Shown: positions 18,381 to 27,975, counted from the stretch's first letter. The stretch is 45,789 bases of DNA from an uncultured Arenimonas sp. (GCF_963976025.1 NZ_CAXBJS010000001.1:1-45789); one strand, 5' to 3'. A program made the numbers and translations. The notes: generated by a model not told the origin, from the letters alone.

Positions 18381-18414
18381 ACTGTGCTGCTTTGATATGC
18401 ACAGTATGCACAGT
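18381..18414. promoter_or_regulatory. Putative YtrA-type operator
   Basis: ACTGTGC...GCACAGT inverted repeat plus tandem TATGCACAG x2, just upstream of the GntR gene. Confidence 0.55.
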
Positions 18415-18425
18415 GGATTTACCGC

Positions 18426-19079
18426 TTATTGGGTGGGCAGCTTGCCCGCGTACAGCGCCACCAGGCTCAGGGTGTCGATCAGGCCGTGTGCCAGAACCAG
18501 CGTCCACAGGTTCCTGGACCGCAGGTAGAACAGGCCGAACACCAGGCCGAGGCTGCCCGTGACCAGGATGCCGGTGGGGCCCTGGTAGACGTGGGCCAGG
18601 CCGAACAGGCCCGCCTGCACCAGCGCGGCGAGCAGGCCGGCGCCGCGCCCGGCACCGAAAAGTCGCTGCAGCCGCCCCTGCAGGAAGCCGCGGAACAGCA
18701 GCTCCTCGCCGATCGCCGCGGTGGTCCAGGCAATGGCCAGCATGCCCAGCAGCGCCGGCAGGTTGCCCTGCACGGCCCCGACCTTGCCGGACACCATCGG
18801 CGGCCAGCCCAACACCTGGGTCGCCACCACCGTGGCGGCGATCGCGGCCAGGTAGCCCACGACGGCGATTCCGAGGCCGGCGGCCAGCGTGCGCACCGGG
18901 CGCGCGGGGCGGGCCAGGCCCAGCGCGGCCCAGCCTTCGCCCTGCCGGTGCAGGCAGACCACTGCCGTCACCGCGGCCAGGACGACGGCCACGGGACCGG
19001 CCAGCGGCAGGCCCAGCATCGGCAGGGTCACGAAGGCGGCAATGAAGACGCAGGCGACGATCAGGAGTTGGCGAATCAT
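18426..19079 (-). CDS. CPBP (CAAX/Abi) family intramembrane metalloprotease
   Basis: EELLFRG, FGLAH and HGLID motifs. Confidence 0.88.
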   Translation of the reverse strand: MIRQLLIVACVFIAAFVTLPMLGLPLAGPVAVVLAAVTAVVCLHRQGEGWAALGLARPARPVRTLAAGLGIAVVGYLAAIAATVVATQVLGWPPMVSGKVGAVQGNLPALLGMLAIAWTTAAIGEELLFRGFLQGRLQRLFGAGRGAGLLAALVQAGLFGLAHVYQGPTGILVTGSLGLVFGLFYLRSRNLWTLVLAHGLIDTLSLVALYAGKLPTQ

Positions 19080-19119
19080 GGCGACGGCCTTTTCAGGGGA
19101 ACGGCGGCAGGTTGCCGGA

Positions 19120-19149
19120 AGCAAAAGAGAACCGCCCTATACTTTTGCT
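19120..19149. promoter_or_regulatory. Putative TetR operator
   Basis: AGCAAAAG-N14-CTTTTGCT inverted repeat between the divergent CPBP and TetR genes. Confidence 0.45.
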
Positions 19150-19190
19150 GCCCCGTCCCGGACAGCCGATTGGCCCACACCCGCGCCCGC

Positions 19191-19805
19191 GTGAATCCAC
19201 CCCGGCAGCCCCGCAGCGTGGCCACCCAGGAACGCATCCTGGCCGCCACCGAGGCGCTGCTGGCCGAAGGCGACCCGGACCTGATGACCATGGAACAGGT
19301 GGCCGAACGCGCCCACGTTTCCATCGGTGCGATCTACAAACGGTTCCAGGGCAAGTCTTCGCTGCTGCCGCTGGTGCTTGACCGTGTCCACCAGCAGCAG
19401 CTCGCCCGCCTGCATGAATTCCTGGGGCAGGAACGCTGGCGCGACGCCGGCCTGTCCGAACGCGTGCATGCCCTGCTTGGCGTATTCGCCGAAAGCCAGG
19501 TGGCGCGGCAACGGCTGATCCGCGCCCTGGTGGTGGGCCACTGGCAATCGACCGACCCGGTTCCGCAGGAAGCGCGCGCCGCCGAAGTGATGGGCGCCAT
19601 GCATGCCTGGCTGTCGGAGCGCACCGATGAAATCACGCATCCGGATCCACGCGGGGCGCTTTCACTGGGCTTGTTCACCACCCTGCAGACGCTGCAGACG
19701 GCGATCATGCTCGGCCGCGTGCCGCCGGCGGTGGGGCTGGAGCGTTTCACCGGAGAACTGGCGCGAATGTTCCTGGCCTACCTGGGCGTCACGCACGCGC
19801 CCTGA
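19191..19805 (+). CDS. TetR/AcrR family regulator
   Basis: RILAATEALL...TMEQVAERAHVSIGAIYKRFQGK HTH. GTG start at 19191. Confidence 0.9.
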   Translation: MNPPRQPRSVATQERILAATEALLAEGDPDLMTMEQVAERAHVSIGAIYKRFQGKSSLLPLVLDRVHQQQLARLHEFLGQERWRDAGLSERVHALLGVFAESQVARQRLIRALVVGHWQSTDPVPQEARAAEVMGAMHAWLSERTDEITHPDPRGALSLGLFTTLQTLQTAIMLGRVPPAVGLERFTGELARMFLAYLGVTHAP

Positions 19806-19814
19806 GCCCCTCGC

Positions 19815-21017
19815 TCAGGATTCGGGCTGCGGCTCCGGCCCGGCCTGGGTGGCAATGATCGCCGCCAGATGTCCCCGCAGTGCTTCGGCATGGTCCAGCA
19901 GCCGCTGCTGGTAGTTGCCGTAGGCCGGTGACGCGATGGAAGCAAGGATGTGGCTGATGGGCGCCGCCCAGAAGTTGATCGAGGTGCGGTCGTAGTCCTG
20001 CACCTCCAACTGCGGAATCTCGCCGCGTGCGATCGCGGCCTGGCCTTCGGCGGTACACATCGGCGCGAAGTGGTTGGCGCTCCAGGCGCGCTGCAGCTTG
20101 TCGCTGTAGAGCACCCAGCGCGCGGGCAGGCGCCAGCCGTCCATGGCGGCGTTGGTCTGGCGGGAGAGCTCGGCCAGCATTGCGTATTCGGTGCGCAGGG
20201 CGCCGCAGACCTGGTAGTCATCCACGGTCACCGGCTCCAGCGCGGCGTTGCATTCGCCGGGCAGGGGCAGGGTGGGATCCAGGGCCCGCAAGTCGGCCAG
20301 CAGTGCGCCGGCGCCTTCGGCCAGCGATGCCGTCACGATCTTCTCGATCAGCATGCCGTCATTGCGCAGGTGCCTGCGGCTATTGGCGAGCAGCGCGCAG
20401 GCTCGTGGCAGCGCGCCGGCGACGTCGCCCTCCAGCGCCTGCAGGGCGATGTCATTGAGCGGCAGGCGCAGCAGGCGGAAGTTCGCCAGCGGGCTGGCCA
20501 CGTCATGTGGATAGGGATTGAGGAAGTGTCCGGCGGCCAGCGCTTTTTCGGCCAGGGCCAGTCGTTCGGCCTCGGCGTCCAGCCAGGTGCGGACGATGTC
20601 TTCCTGGCCGCGCAGTTTGGCGAGGCAGTCTTCATCGCGGAAACCGCAGTCCACGTCGGGTGGCGCCACCGCGGCGCGGGGCGGGTAGCGGGACGCGCTG
20701 GGAAGCTGGGGTGGCTGCACGACAACGTCGCCGGTCGTCGCGAAACGTTCGCCGGCGGTGGCATGCCAGGCGATGAAAGCGTCGAGGTCCGCCGCCAGCG
20801 CCGCGTCCAGTTCGTCTTCGGGCACCACCAGGTCCGTGTAGGCCAGGTACTTGAAGCCGCTTTCGCCCGCCGGCGCGACCGGCGCGACTTCCATCACCGC
20901 CAGCGCTTCGCTTTCTTCATCACCGAAGGCGATCCAGCGCAGCACCTGGACCGTGAGTACGTACCCCACGAGAAGAAACAGCACGGTAAAAAAGAGGCGC
21001 TTGAACCATTGGTTCAC
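19815..21017 (-). CDS. Hypothetical membrane-anchored exported protein
   Basis: N-terminal TM helix, several Cys, helical body; no recognised motif. Confidence 0.75.
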   Translation of the reverse strand: MNQWFKRLFFTVLFLLVGYVLTVQVLRWIAFGDEESEALAVMEVAPVAPAGESGFKYLAYTDLVVPEDELDAALAADLDAFIAWHATAGERFATTGDVVVQPPQLPSASRYPPRAAVAPPDVDCGFRDEDCLAKLRGQEDIVRTWLDAEAERLALAEKALAAGHFLNPYPHDVASPLANFRLLRLPLNDIALQALEGDVAGALPRACALLANSRRHLRNDGMLIEKIVTASLAEGAGALLADLRALDPTLPLPGECNAALEPVTVDDYQVCGALRTEYAMLAELSRQTNAAMDGWRLPARWVLYSDKLQRAWSANHFAPMCTAEGQAAIARGEIPQLEVQDYDRTSINFWAAPISHILASIASPAYGNYQQRLLDHAEALRGHLAAIIATQAGPEPQPES

Positions 21018-21055
21018 TGGGTCGCTCCGTCAAAGGCTTCGGGGCAAAGCATGCA

Positions 21056-21514
21056 TCAATCAAGCAACCGGGTCATGTACACGCTGTGCGGATCTTCGCG
21101 GTAGTCGGCGAATGGTCCGCAGCGCTGGAAGCCTGCTGACTCGTACAAGCGCAGGGCCGGCAGGAAGGCCGGCGTCGCCCCTGTTTCCAGGCTGACCCGT
21201 TCGTAGCCGCGTTCGCGCGCCACGGCCAGCAGGTGGGACAGCATCGTGCGGCCTATTCCTTTGCCTCGGTGGGCGTCGGCCGTGCGCATGGACTTTATTT
21301 CGCCGTGCAGCGGCGTCAACTCCTTGAGCGCGCCGCAGCCCAGCAGTAACTCGCCTTCCCAGGCCGTCCAGACGTGAATCCCAGGCTGGCGCAGGCGGTC
21401 CAGATCCAGCGCGTGCACGCTGCAGGCCGGCGACATCGTAAGCATTTGCGCGCGATGGCCAGCCAGGAGCTCGCGGACCGGCTGCCGCTCCAGGTCATCA
21501 ATCTCGATATTCAT
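21056..21514 (-). CDS. GNAT family N-acetyltransferase (YedL-like)
   Basis: GEIKSMRT, HRGKGIGR, LETG and LYESAGF motifs. Confidence 0.9.
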   Translation of the reverse strand: MNIEIDDLERQPVRELLAGHRAQMLTMSPACSVHALDLDRLRQPGIHVWTAWEGELLLGCGALKELTPLHGEIKSMRTADAHRGKGIGRTMLSHLLAVARERGYERVSLETGATPAFLPALRLYESAGFQRCGPFADYREDPHSVYMTRLLD

Positions 21515-21533
21515 CGTGGGTCCCGAACGAAGT

Positions 21534-21557
21534 GCGGCCCGGTTTTACCCGGGCCGC
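21534..21557 (-). terminator. Hairpin downstream of glnA (probable terminator)
   Basis: 9-bp stem GCGGCCCGG/CCGGGCCGC with a 6-nt loop; weak U-tract. Confidence 0.55.
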
Positions 21558-21585
21558 GAACATCAAACGCTGATCCAGTGACGGA

Positions 21586-22995
21586 TCAGACGCCGTAGTA
21601 CATCTGGTATTCCAGCGGGTGCGTGGCCGCGCGGAACTTGGTCACTTCCTGCATCTTCAGGGCGATGTAGCCGTCGATGAAGTCGTCGGTCATCACGCCG
21701 CCGGCCTTGAGGAACTCGCGGTCCTTGTCCAGGGCTTCCAGCGCCTGGTCGAGGCTGTGGCAGACGGTCGGGATGTTCTTCTCTTCTTCCGGCGGCAGGT
21801 CGTACAGGTCCTTGTCGCTGGGCGCGCCCGGGTCGATCTTGTTCTTGATGCCGTCCAGGCCGGCCATCATCAGCGCGGTGAAGGTGAGGTAGCCCGACTG
21901 GATCGGATCCGGAAAGCGCATTTCGATGCGGCGCGCCTTCGGGTTCGACACGTACGGGATGCGGCACGAAGCCGAGCGGTTGCGCGCGGAGTAAGCCAGC
22001 ATCACCGGCGCTTCGAAGCCCGGCACCAGGCGCTTGTAGCTGTTGGTGCCCGAGTTGGTGAAGGCGTTGATGGCGCGCGCGTGCTTGAACACGCCGCCGA
22101 TGTACCACAGCGCCATCTGGCTCAGGCCGCCGTAACCGTCGCCGGTGAACAGGTTGGTGCCGCCCTTGGCCAGGCTCTGGTGCACGTGCATGCCGCTGCC
22201 GTTGTCGCCGACCAGCGGCTTGGGCATGAAGGTGGCGGTCTTGCCGTTGCGGTGGGCGACGTTCTTGATGATGTACTTCATCGTCAACAGTTCGTCGGCC
22301 TTCTTCACCAGCGAATTGAACTTGGTGCCGATCTCGCACTGGCCCGCGTTCGCCACTTCGTGGTGGTGCACTTCGACTTCGATGCCGGCTTCGGTGAGCA
22401 CCTTGCACATCTCGGCGCGGATGTCGTGCAGCGTGTCGGTCGGCGCGACCGGGAAGTAGCCGCCCTTCAGGCCCGGGCGGTAGCCGGTGTTGCCGCCTTC
22501 GTACTTCTTCTTGCTGTTCCAGTGCGCTTCCTCGGATTCGATCTCGAAGAAGGTGTTGCCCATTTCATTGGCCCAGCGCACCGAATCGAAGATGAAGAAC
22601 TCGGGCTCGGGACCGAAGAAGGCCTGGTCGGCGACGCCGCTGGCCTTGAGGTAGGCCTCGGCGCGACGGGCGACGCCGCGCGGGCAGCGCGAATAACCCT
22701 GCATGGTGGCCGGGTCGAGCACGTCGCAGACCAGGATGATGGTCGGGTCGGCGGTGAAGGGGTCGACCAGCGCGGTTTCCGGATCCGGCAGCAGCACCAT
22801 GTCGGACTCGTTGATGCCCTTCCAGCCAGAGATCGAGCTGCCGTCGAACATCTTGCCGTCTTCGAACAGCGCCGGCTCGACGATCGAAACCGGATAGGTG
22901 ACGTGGTGCTGCACGCCGCGCACGTCGGTGAAACGCAGGTCCACGAACTCGATGTCGTGGTCCTTGATGAGCTTTTCGATGTGGCTGTAGGGCAT
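21586..22995 (-). CDS. glnA: Glutamine synthetase type I
   Basis: [37 protein letters not shown] and the adenylylation site DLYDLPPEE; 469 aa. Confidence 0.98.
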   Translation of the reverse strand: MPYSHIEKLIKDHDIEFVDLRFTDVRGVQHHVTYPVSIVEPALFEDGKMFDGSSISGWKGINESDMVLLPDPETALVDPFTADPTIILVCDVLDPATMQGYSRCPRGVARRAEAYLKASGVADQAFFGPEPEFFIFDSVRWANEMGNTFFEIESEEAHWNSKKKYEGGNTGYRPGLKGGYFPVAPTDTLHDIRAEMCKVLTEAGIEVEVHHHEVANAGQCEIGTKFNSLVKKADELLTMKYIIKNVAHRNGKTATFMPKPLVGDNGSGMHVHQSLAKGGTNLFTGDGYGGLSQMALWYIGGVFKHARAINAFTNSGTNSYKRLVPGFEAPVMLAYSARNRSASCRIPYVSNPKARRIEMRFPDPIQSGYLTFTALMMAGLDGIKNKIDPGAPSDKDLYDLPPEEEKNIPTVCHSLDQALEALDKDREFLKAGGVMTDDFIDGYIALKMQEVTKFRAATHPLEYQMYYGV

Positions 22996-23033
22996 GGAAG
23001 GTTTCCTGGCGGGTTTGGGTCTGCTGGGGTAGG

Positions 23034-23049
23034 TGCAAGGGGCGTGCCA
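23034..23049 (-). promoter_or_regulatory. Sigma-54 promoter of glnA
   Basis: Minus strand TGGCACGCCCCTTGCA is a canonical -24/-12 element. Confidence 0.88.
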
Positions 23050-23111
23050 AGTGCATTTCCCCGCCAAGTTCTTGATTGGTAACGCCACCGGGTCCGCCAG
23101 GGTTTCCTACT

Positions 23112-23128
23112 TGCACCATCATGGTGCT
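23112..23128. promoter_or_regulatory. NtrC enhancer site for glnA
   Basis: TGCACCATCATGGTGCT, about 60-80 bp upstream of the -24 element. Confidence 0.8.
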
Positions 23129-23148
23129 CTGGAAAGTAGCATTTCCCT

Positions 23149-23198
23149 GTGGGAGGGACTTCAGTCCCGAAAAGCACCGGGACTGAAGTCCCTCCCAC
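23149..23198. repeat. REP doublet (GTGG-type inverted repeat)
   Basis: Perfect 21-bp inverted repeat GTGGGAGGGACTTCAGTCCCG / CGGGACTGAAGTCCCTCCCAC with an 8-nt spacer. Each arm has an internal GGGACT..AGTCCC hairpin. Confidence 0.8.
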
Positions 23199-23242
23199 CG
23201 GGGCGGTTATGCTTGGGCGCTTCCAAGACCACCCGGACCGCC

Positions 23243-24037
23243 GTGACCGACCTGCTGACCGCCCTGCTGCTTGGCATCATCGAGGGCCTGACCGAATTCC
23301 TGCCGATCTCCAGCACCGGCCACCTGCTCATTGCCCAGCACTGGCTGGGCGCGCGTTCGGACCTGTTCAACATCAGCATCCAGGCCGGCGCGATCCTGGC
23401 GATCACGCTGGTCTATCGCGAACGCCTGCTGGCACTGGCCACCGGCTGGCGGCAGCCGGAAGAGCGCGATTACCTGCTCAAGATCCTCGGCGCCTTCGCG
23501 GTGACGGCCGCGGTCGGCCTGCCGGTGCGGCTGCTGGGCTGGGAGCTGCCGGAAACGGTGACGCCCGTGGCCTGGGCGCTGGTGATCGGCGGCGTCTGGA
23601 TGCTGGTGGCCGAACGCCTGGGCGAACGCGGCCCGCCCAGCAGCCAGGTGACCTGGGCGATCGTGGTGGCGGTGGGCCTGGCCCAGGTGCTGGCCGGCGT
23701 ATTTCCCGGCACCTCGCGCTCGGCGGCGGCGATCTTCATGGCCATGCTGCTGGGCCTGAACCGCAAGCCAGCCGCAGCGGAGTTCGTGTTCCTGGTGGGC
23801 ATTCCCACCATGTTCGCCGCCAGCGGCTACGCGCTGATGGAAACCGTGCTTGAAGGCGAGGCCGGCGACGAGGACTGGGCCAGTCTGGCCGTGGCCTTCG
23901 TGGCCGCGACGATCACCGGCTTCGCCGCGGTGCGCTGGCTGCTGGCCTACATCGCCAACCACCGCTTCACGCCCTTCGCCTGGTACCGCATCGGCCTGGG
24001 CGCGGCGCTGCTGCTGGGCCTGCCGGCGGGCGGCTGA
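23243..24037 (+). CDS. uppP: Undecaprenyl-diphosphate phosphatase
   Basis: GIIEGLTEFLPISSTGHL and PGTSRS motifs. GTG start. Confidence 0.93.
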   Translation: MTDLLTALLLGIIEGLTEFLPISSTGHLLIAQHWLGARSDLFNISIQAGAILAITLVYRERLLALATGWRQPEERDYLLKILGAFAVTAAVGLPVRLLGWELPETVTPVAWALVIGGVWMLVAERLGERGPPSSQVTWAIVVAVGLAQVLAGVFPGTSRSAAAIFMAMLLGLNRKPAAAEFVFLVGIPTMFAASGYALMETVLEGEAGDEDWASLAVAFVAATITGFAAVRWLLAYIANHRFTPFAWYRIGLGAALLLGLPAGG

Positions 24038-24044
24038 GCACCCG

Positions 24045-24066
24045 CCGCGGCCCTGGCCGCGGTTTA
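24045..24066. terminator. Short hairpin between convergent genes
   Basis: CCGCGGC-CCTG-GCCGCGG followed by TTTA. Confidence 0.35.
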
Positions 24067-26082
24067 TTCGGCCGGGTAGCCCAGGCGTGCGGCCACCGGC
24101 GCGAGCAGGGCGAACTCTTCGGCCAGGCTTTCGCGGTAGTGGCGCCAATGGCCGGCCGGCAGGCGCTGGCCGGGGCCGAACACGCCCGGCAGCGGGCTTT
24201 CCAGGCCCAGGGCCTGTTCGATGCGCTGCGCGGCTTCGCCGGCGTCGGCGTCCAGGCGCACCAGGTCGATGCGGCCCGAGACTTCGGCTTCGTCGGCCAC
24301 GGCCTCCAGCACATCCGCCAGCCACTGCGCCGAACGGCTGATTTCCGGCAGGAAGTGATAGTTCTGCAGGCTGCCGTGCAGCATCCAGTTCAGCAGCGCG
24401 TCGCGCGGGTCGGTCAGCAGCACCAGCACCTTGGCGCCGCCCAGGGTGGCGAAGGTGTAGGCGTCCACGTGCGGCAGCCAGTCGCGTGATTCGGCCGGGT
24501 CCAGGCCGGCGGCACGCAGCGAGGCTTCCCAGCGCGACGCGGTGCCGGCTTCCGGGTGGCCCGGGGCGCGACGGCGAACGCCGTAGCCGTCGCCGTCGGC
24601 TTCGCTGCCGATGCGGTCCAGGCGCAGCTTCGGGCCCAGCTGGGACTTGGCCTGGCGCAGCACGAACTCGGCGCGCACGCCCGGCGGCGACCACAGCAGC
24701 ATGCCGTCGATCTTGCCGGCGGGCGCTTCACCGGCCGGCACCGCCGGCGGCGGCAGGACCTGGCCAGGCACCGGCAGGCGCACCATCTCGCGCCAGACCT
24801 CGGCGGCTTCGGCGTGGCGACCCAGGGCGTCGAGCGACAGGCCGCGCCAGCTGAGCAGGGTGCGCCGGGCCGGGCCGTCCTTGGCCTGCGCCAGCAGGCG
24901 TTCGGCGCGGGCCAGAGACAGGGCCGGGTCGTCGCGGAATTCGGCGCGCAGCTTGTGCAGGTTGGCGGTGTAGAGCTCGGGATTGATCGCCAGCGCCTGG
25001 TCGGCGTACTGGCCGGCCTGTTCGGGCTGGCCCTGGGCGTCGTGGTAGGCACTGAGCATTTCCAGGCAGGCCGCCGACTGCGGCATGGCCTTGAACCAGC
25101 GGTCGAGCACGGGCTTGGCTTCTTCGCCCAGCATGCCGGCCACGTTCAGGCGCACCTTCCACAGTTCGTCCTGGTCGGGGGCCTTCTCCAGCGCGGCTTC
25201 GGCGCGGACCTTGGCTTCGTCCGGGCGGCCGCCGCGCACCAGCAGCGCCACGGCCTGGGCCAGCACCGGCGCCTGGGTCGGGTGGGCGTCGAGCACGGCG
25301 CACAGGTCGGCCACGGCGTCGGCGTCGCGGCCGTAGTCGATAAGCAGTTCGGAACGCAGCACGCGGGCCATCGGGTCGGCCGGCGCGATGGCGATCAGCT
25401 CGTCCAGGGTGGCCAGGGTTTCTTCGGCCTTGCCCTGGCGGCGGCGGGCTTCGACCAGCGCGCGCAGGGTGGTCGGGGCGCGCGAATTGTCCAGGCGCAG
25501 GGCGTTGACCAGCGCCTGTTCGGCGAAGGGCCACATGCCACGCGACAGGTAGGCCTGGCCCAGGGCCAGCTGGGCGGCGGCGAGGTTGGGGTCGGCTTCG
25601 GCGGCGGCGGTGAAACACTTCAGCGCCTTGTCGCCGTCGCCCTGGGCCTGGGCCACGTAACCTTCGATGACGCGCACCTGCGGGTGCTCGGCGTTCACGC
25701 GCTGGGCCAGGCGCAGGTTGCGCTCGGCCTCGGCCCGGTCGCCGCGGCCCAGGGCCAGGTGGGCCAGCAGCACGTAGGCGCCCAGCTGGTTCGGGTCCAG
25801 CACCAGGGCGTCCTGCAGGCCACGGATGGCGCCGGCGGCGTCGCCTTCGGCCAGCTTCAGGGTGGCCAGGCTGAAATGGTGGGCCGCGACGTCGGGGGCC
25901 AGTTCAAGCGCGCGCTCGAAGCCCTGGCGGGCACCGGCCAGGTCGCCCTTCTGCTGCAGGCACACGCCCAGCAGGTGGTGGGCGGAGGCGTTGTCGGGCT
26001 CGGCGGCGAGGGTGTCGCGGGCGGCGGCCAGCGCGGCGGCGATGTCGCCACGGCGCATGGCTTCGATGATGTCGACGATCAT
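24064..26082 (-). CDS. TPR-repeat protein with a degenerate sulfotransferase-like C-terminal domain
   Basis: Many TPR repeats (e.g. AHHLLGVCLQQKGDLAGARQGFERALELAP); C-terminal TDPRDALLNW. Confidence 0.8.
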   Translation of the reverse strand: MIVDIIEAMRRGDIAAALAAARDTLAAEPDNASAHHLLGVCLQQKGDLAGARQGFERALELAPDVAAHHFSLATLKLAEGDAAGAIRGLQDALVLDPNQLGAYVLLAHLALGRGDRAEAERNLRLAQRVNAEHPQVRVIEGYVAQAQGDGDKALKCFTAAAEADPNLAAAQLALGQAYLSRGMWPFAEQALVNALRLDNSRAPTTLRALVEARRRQGKAEETLATLDELIAIAPADPMARVLRSELLIDYGRDADAVADLCAVLDAHPTQAPVLAQAVALLVRGGRPDEAKVRAEAALEKAPDQDELWKVRLNVAGMLGEEAKPVLDRWFKAMPQSAACLEMLSAYHDAQGQPEQAGQYADQALAINPELYTANLHKLRAEFRDDPALSLARAERLLAQAKDGPARRTLLSWRGLSLDALGRHAEAAEVWREMVRLPVPGQVLPPPAVPAGEAPAGKIDGMLLWSPPGVRAEFVLRQAKSQLGPKLRLDRIGSEADGDGYGVRRRAPGHPEAGTASRWEASLRAAGLDPAESRDWLPHVDAYTFATLGGAKVLVLLTDPRDALLNWMLHGSLQNYHFLPEISRSAQWLADVLEAVADEAEVSGRIDLVRLDADAGEAAQRIEQALGLESPLPGVFGPGQRLPAGHWRHYRESLAEEFALLAPVAARLGYPAE

Positions 26083-26092
26083 GAGGGAGTCT

Positions 26093-27121
26093 TCAGGCAG
26101 GCGCGGAAACGACCATTGTAGCCGCCCCGGCCTCCCGGGCCGCTTCTTCCAGCCGGTCGGCGACCCAGCGTTCGCCGTAGCCGCCCAGGTGCAGGCCCTC
26201 GAGGAAGCCGCAGTGGCCGCCGAAATCGGCGATTTCCAGGCGCGAATGGGCCGGCAGCTGCAGGCCCGGGAAACCGTCGACGGGGATCACCGGGTCGTCG
26301 GCCGCGGCCAGCACGCTCACCGGCACCTGCAGGGCAGCCAGGCGGCCGCCGGACACCGAATAGCCTTCGAAGTAGTCATCGATGCCGGCCAGGGTGGTGT
26401 GGCGCTTGACCATCCAGCCGGTCAGCGCGCGCATGTCCATGGCCAGCACGTCGTCGCCGAAGTCGTGCAGCTCGGGAAACAGCTGGCGCTTGCGCTGCAG
26501 CGACCGGCGCCATTTCTTCATGAAGTACCAGTGGTAGAACCGCGGCCCGCCTTCGAGCGTGCGCAGCACCGCCGCCGGGTCGATGGCCGGGCACACGGCC
26601 GCGGCGTGCACCAGCGGCACGCCGGCGCCCGGGGCCGCCAGCGCCAGGCGCAGCGCGAAGTTGCCGCCCAGGGAATAACCCGCCGCCAGCAGCGGCCGGG
26701 CCGGGAAGCGCCGGGAGACTTCGCCCGCCGCCTGCACCACTTCGGCCAGGCGGCAGGAGTGGAACAGGTCGGGGTTCAGATGATGGGTGTCGCCATGGTC
26801 GCGGAAGTTGAGCCGGAACACGTCGAAGCCGCGCGCCAGCATGGTGGCGGCGGTATGGCGCATGTAGCTCGAGTCGGCGCTGCCTTCCCAGCCGTGCAGC
26901 AGCAGCACCAGGCCACGCGGGTCGCGGCCCGGCAGGGCGCTGTGGAAACCCTGCAGGCGCACGCCGTCTTCGACTTCCACCAGGTGTTCGGTGGTGACTG
27001 CGCCCAGCCGGCGCAGGGCGCGTTCGCCGGCGGCGCGGCGCAGCGTGGTCGAGCCCAGCAGCGACTGCAGGTGCGGGTTGCGCAGCCAGCGCGGCGGGCG
27101 GTAGCCGACCGACCGGGTCAT
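26093..27121 (-). CDS. Alpha/beta hydrolase, YheT-like
   Basis: NPHLQS, LHGWEGS, GYSLGGN, DDPVIP and GGHCGF motifs. Confidence 0.9.
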   Translation of the reverse strand: MTRSVGYRPPRWLRNPHLQSLLGSTTLRRAAGERALRRLGAVTTEHLVEVEDGVRLQGFHSALPGRDPRGLVLLLHGWEGSADSSYMRHTAATMLARGFDVFRLNFRDHGDTHHLNPDLFHSCRLAEVVQAAGEVSRRFPARPLLAAGYSLGGNFALRLALAAPGAGVPLVHAAAVCPAIDPAAVLRTLEGGPRFYHWYFMKKWRRSLQRKRQLFPELHDFGDDVLAMDMRALTGWMVKRHTTLAGIDDYFEGYSVSGGRLAALQVPVSVLAAADDPVIPVDGFPGLQLPAHSRLEIADFGGHCGFLEGLHLGGYGERWVADRLEEAAREAGAATMVVSAPA

Positions 27122-27125
27122 GCCT

Positions 27126-27917
27126 TCAGCCCGCCATGGCCGCGATGATGCGCGCGCGGCAGGTGTCGGCCATGCGCCGCCGGCCGTCTTCGCTGGCGGC
27201 CACGGGTTCCAGGAAGTGCACTTCCGCCACCCGGGCGGGTTCGCCGAGCAGGCGCACGAAGTTCTGGAAGAAGTTCTCGCGCTCACCGAAGGCGATGATG
27301 GTCTGGGCGTTGCCGCGCAGGCCGTACTTGAGCGCCACCGGCTGCGCCGGCACGCCGGCCAGCACCGCCGGCTGGAAGATGCGCGCGTGGAAGGTGGCGA
27401 TGGCGTCGCCGCGGGTGGTGCGGCCTTCCGGGAACACGCCCACCGACAGGCCCTGTTCCAGCCGCTGCACCATCTGGTGCATCACCCCGTGCAGCGAATC
27501 GTTGCTGCCGCGGTGGTGGTAGATGGTGCCGCCGCGGCTGGCCAGCCAGCCCACCAGCGGCCAGCGGGCGATTTCGGCCTTGGCCACGAAGCCCATCATG
27601 CGCTGGCTGTGCATCAGTTCGATGTCGATCCAGCTGACATGGTTGGCCACGAACATCACCGCGCCCGGCAGCGGCGTGCCGTAGCGGCGCAGGCGGAAGC
27701 CGAAGATCCGCATCAGCGTGCCCGACCAAAGGCGCACGGCCAGGTGGTCGAGGCGTTCGCCGCGCACGTCGATGCGCGCGCTGATCGGATTGATAAGCAG
27801 CAGCGTGATTGGCAGCCCCACCAGCAGGTGCAGCACCAGGAACGGGAATCGCCAGAGGTAGCGCAGCGGCCGGCGCCAGTCGCGCGACGGGCGGGTCGCT
27901 TCAGTGATTACGGACAT
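27126..27917 (-). CDS. Lysophospholipid acyltransferase (PlsC-like)
   Basis: NHVSWID and FPEGRT motifs. Confidence 0.9.
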   Translation of the reverse strand: MSVITEATRPSRDWRRPLRYLWRFPFLVLHLLVGLPITLLLINPISARIDVRGERLDHLAVRLWSGTLMRIFGFRLRRYGTPLPGAVMFVANHVSWIDIELMHSQRMMGFVAKAEIARWPLVGWLASRGGTIYHHRGSNDSLHGVMHQMVQRLEQGLSVGVFPEGRTTRGDAIATFHARIFQPAVLAGVPAQPVALKYGLRGNAQTIIAFGERENFFQNFVRLLGEPARVAEVHFLEPVAASEDGRRRMADTCRARIIAAMAG

Positions 27918-27975
27918 TGCCGGCATTGTGCCGCAAGCGGGGCCCGGCGACACCCGACGCAGCGGTACGCTGCGT

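Noticed and set aside
18426-19079. CPBP/Abi protein as an abortive-infection defence gene
   Set aside because: The 'Abi' family name is historical. The motifs indicate an intramembrane protease beside a divergent TetR.
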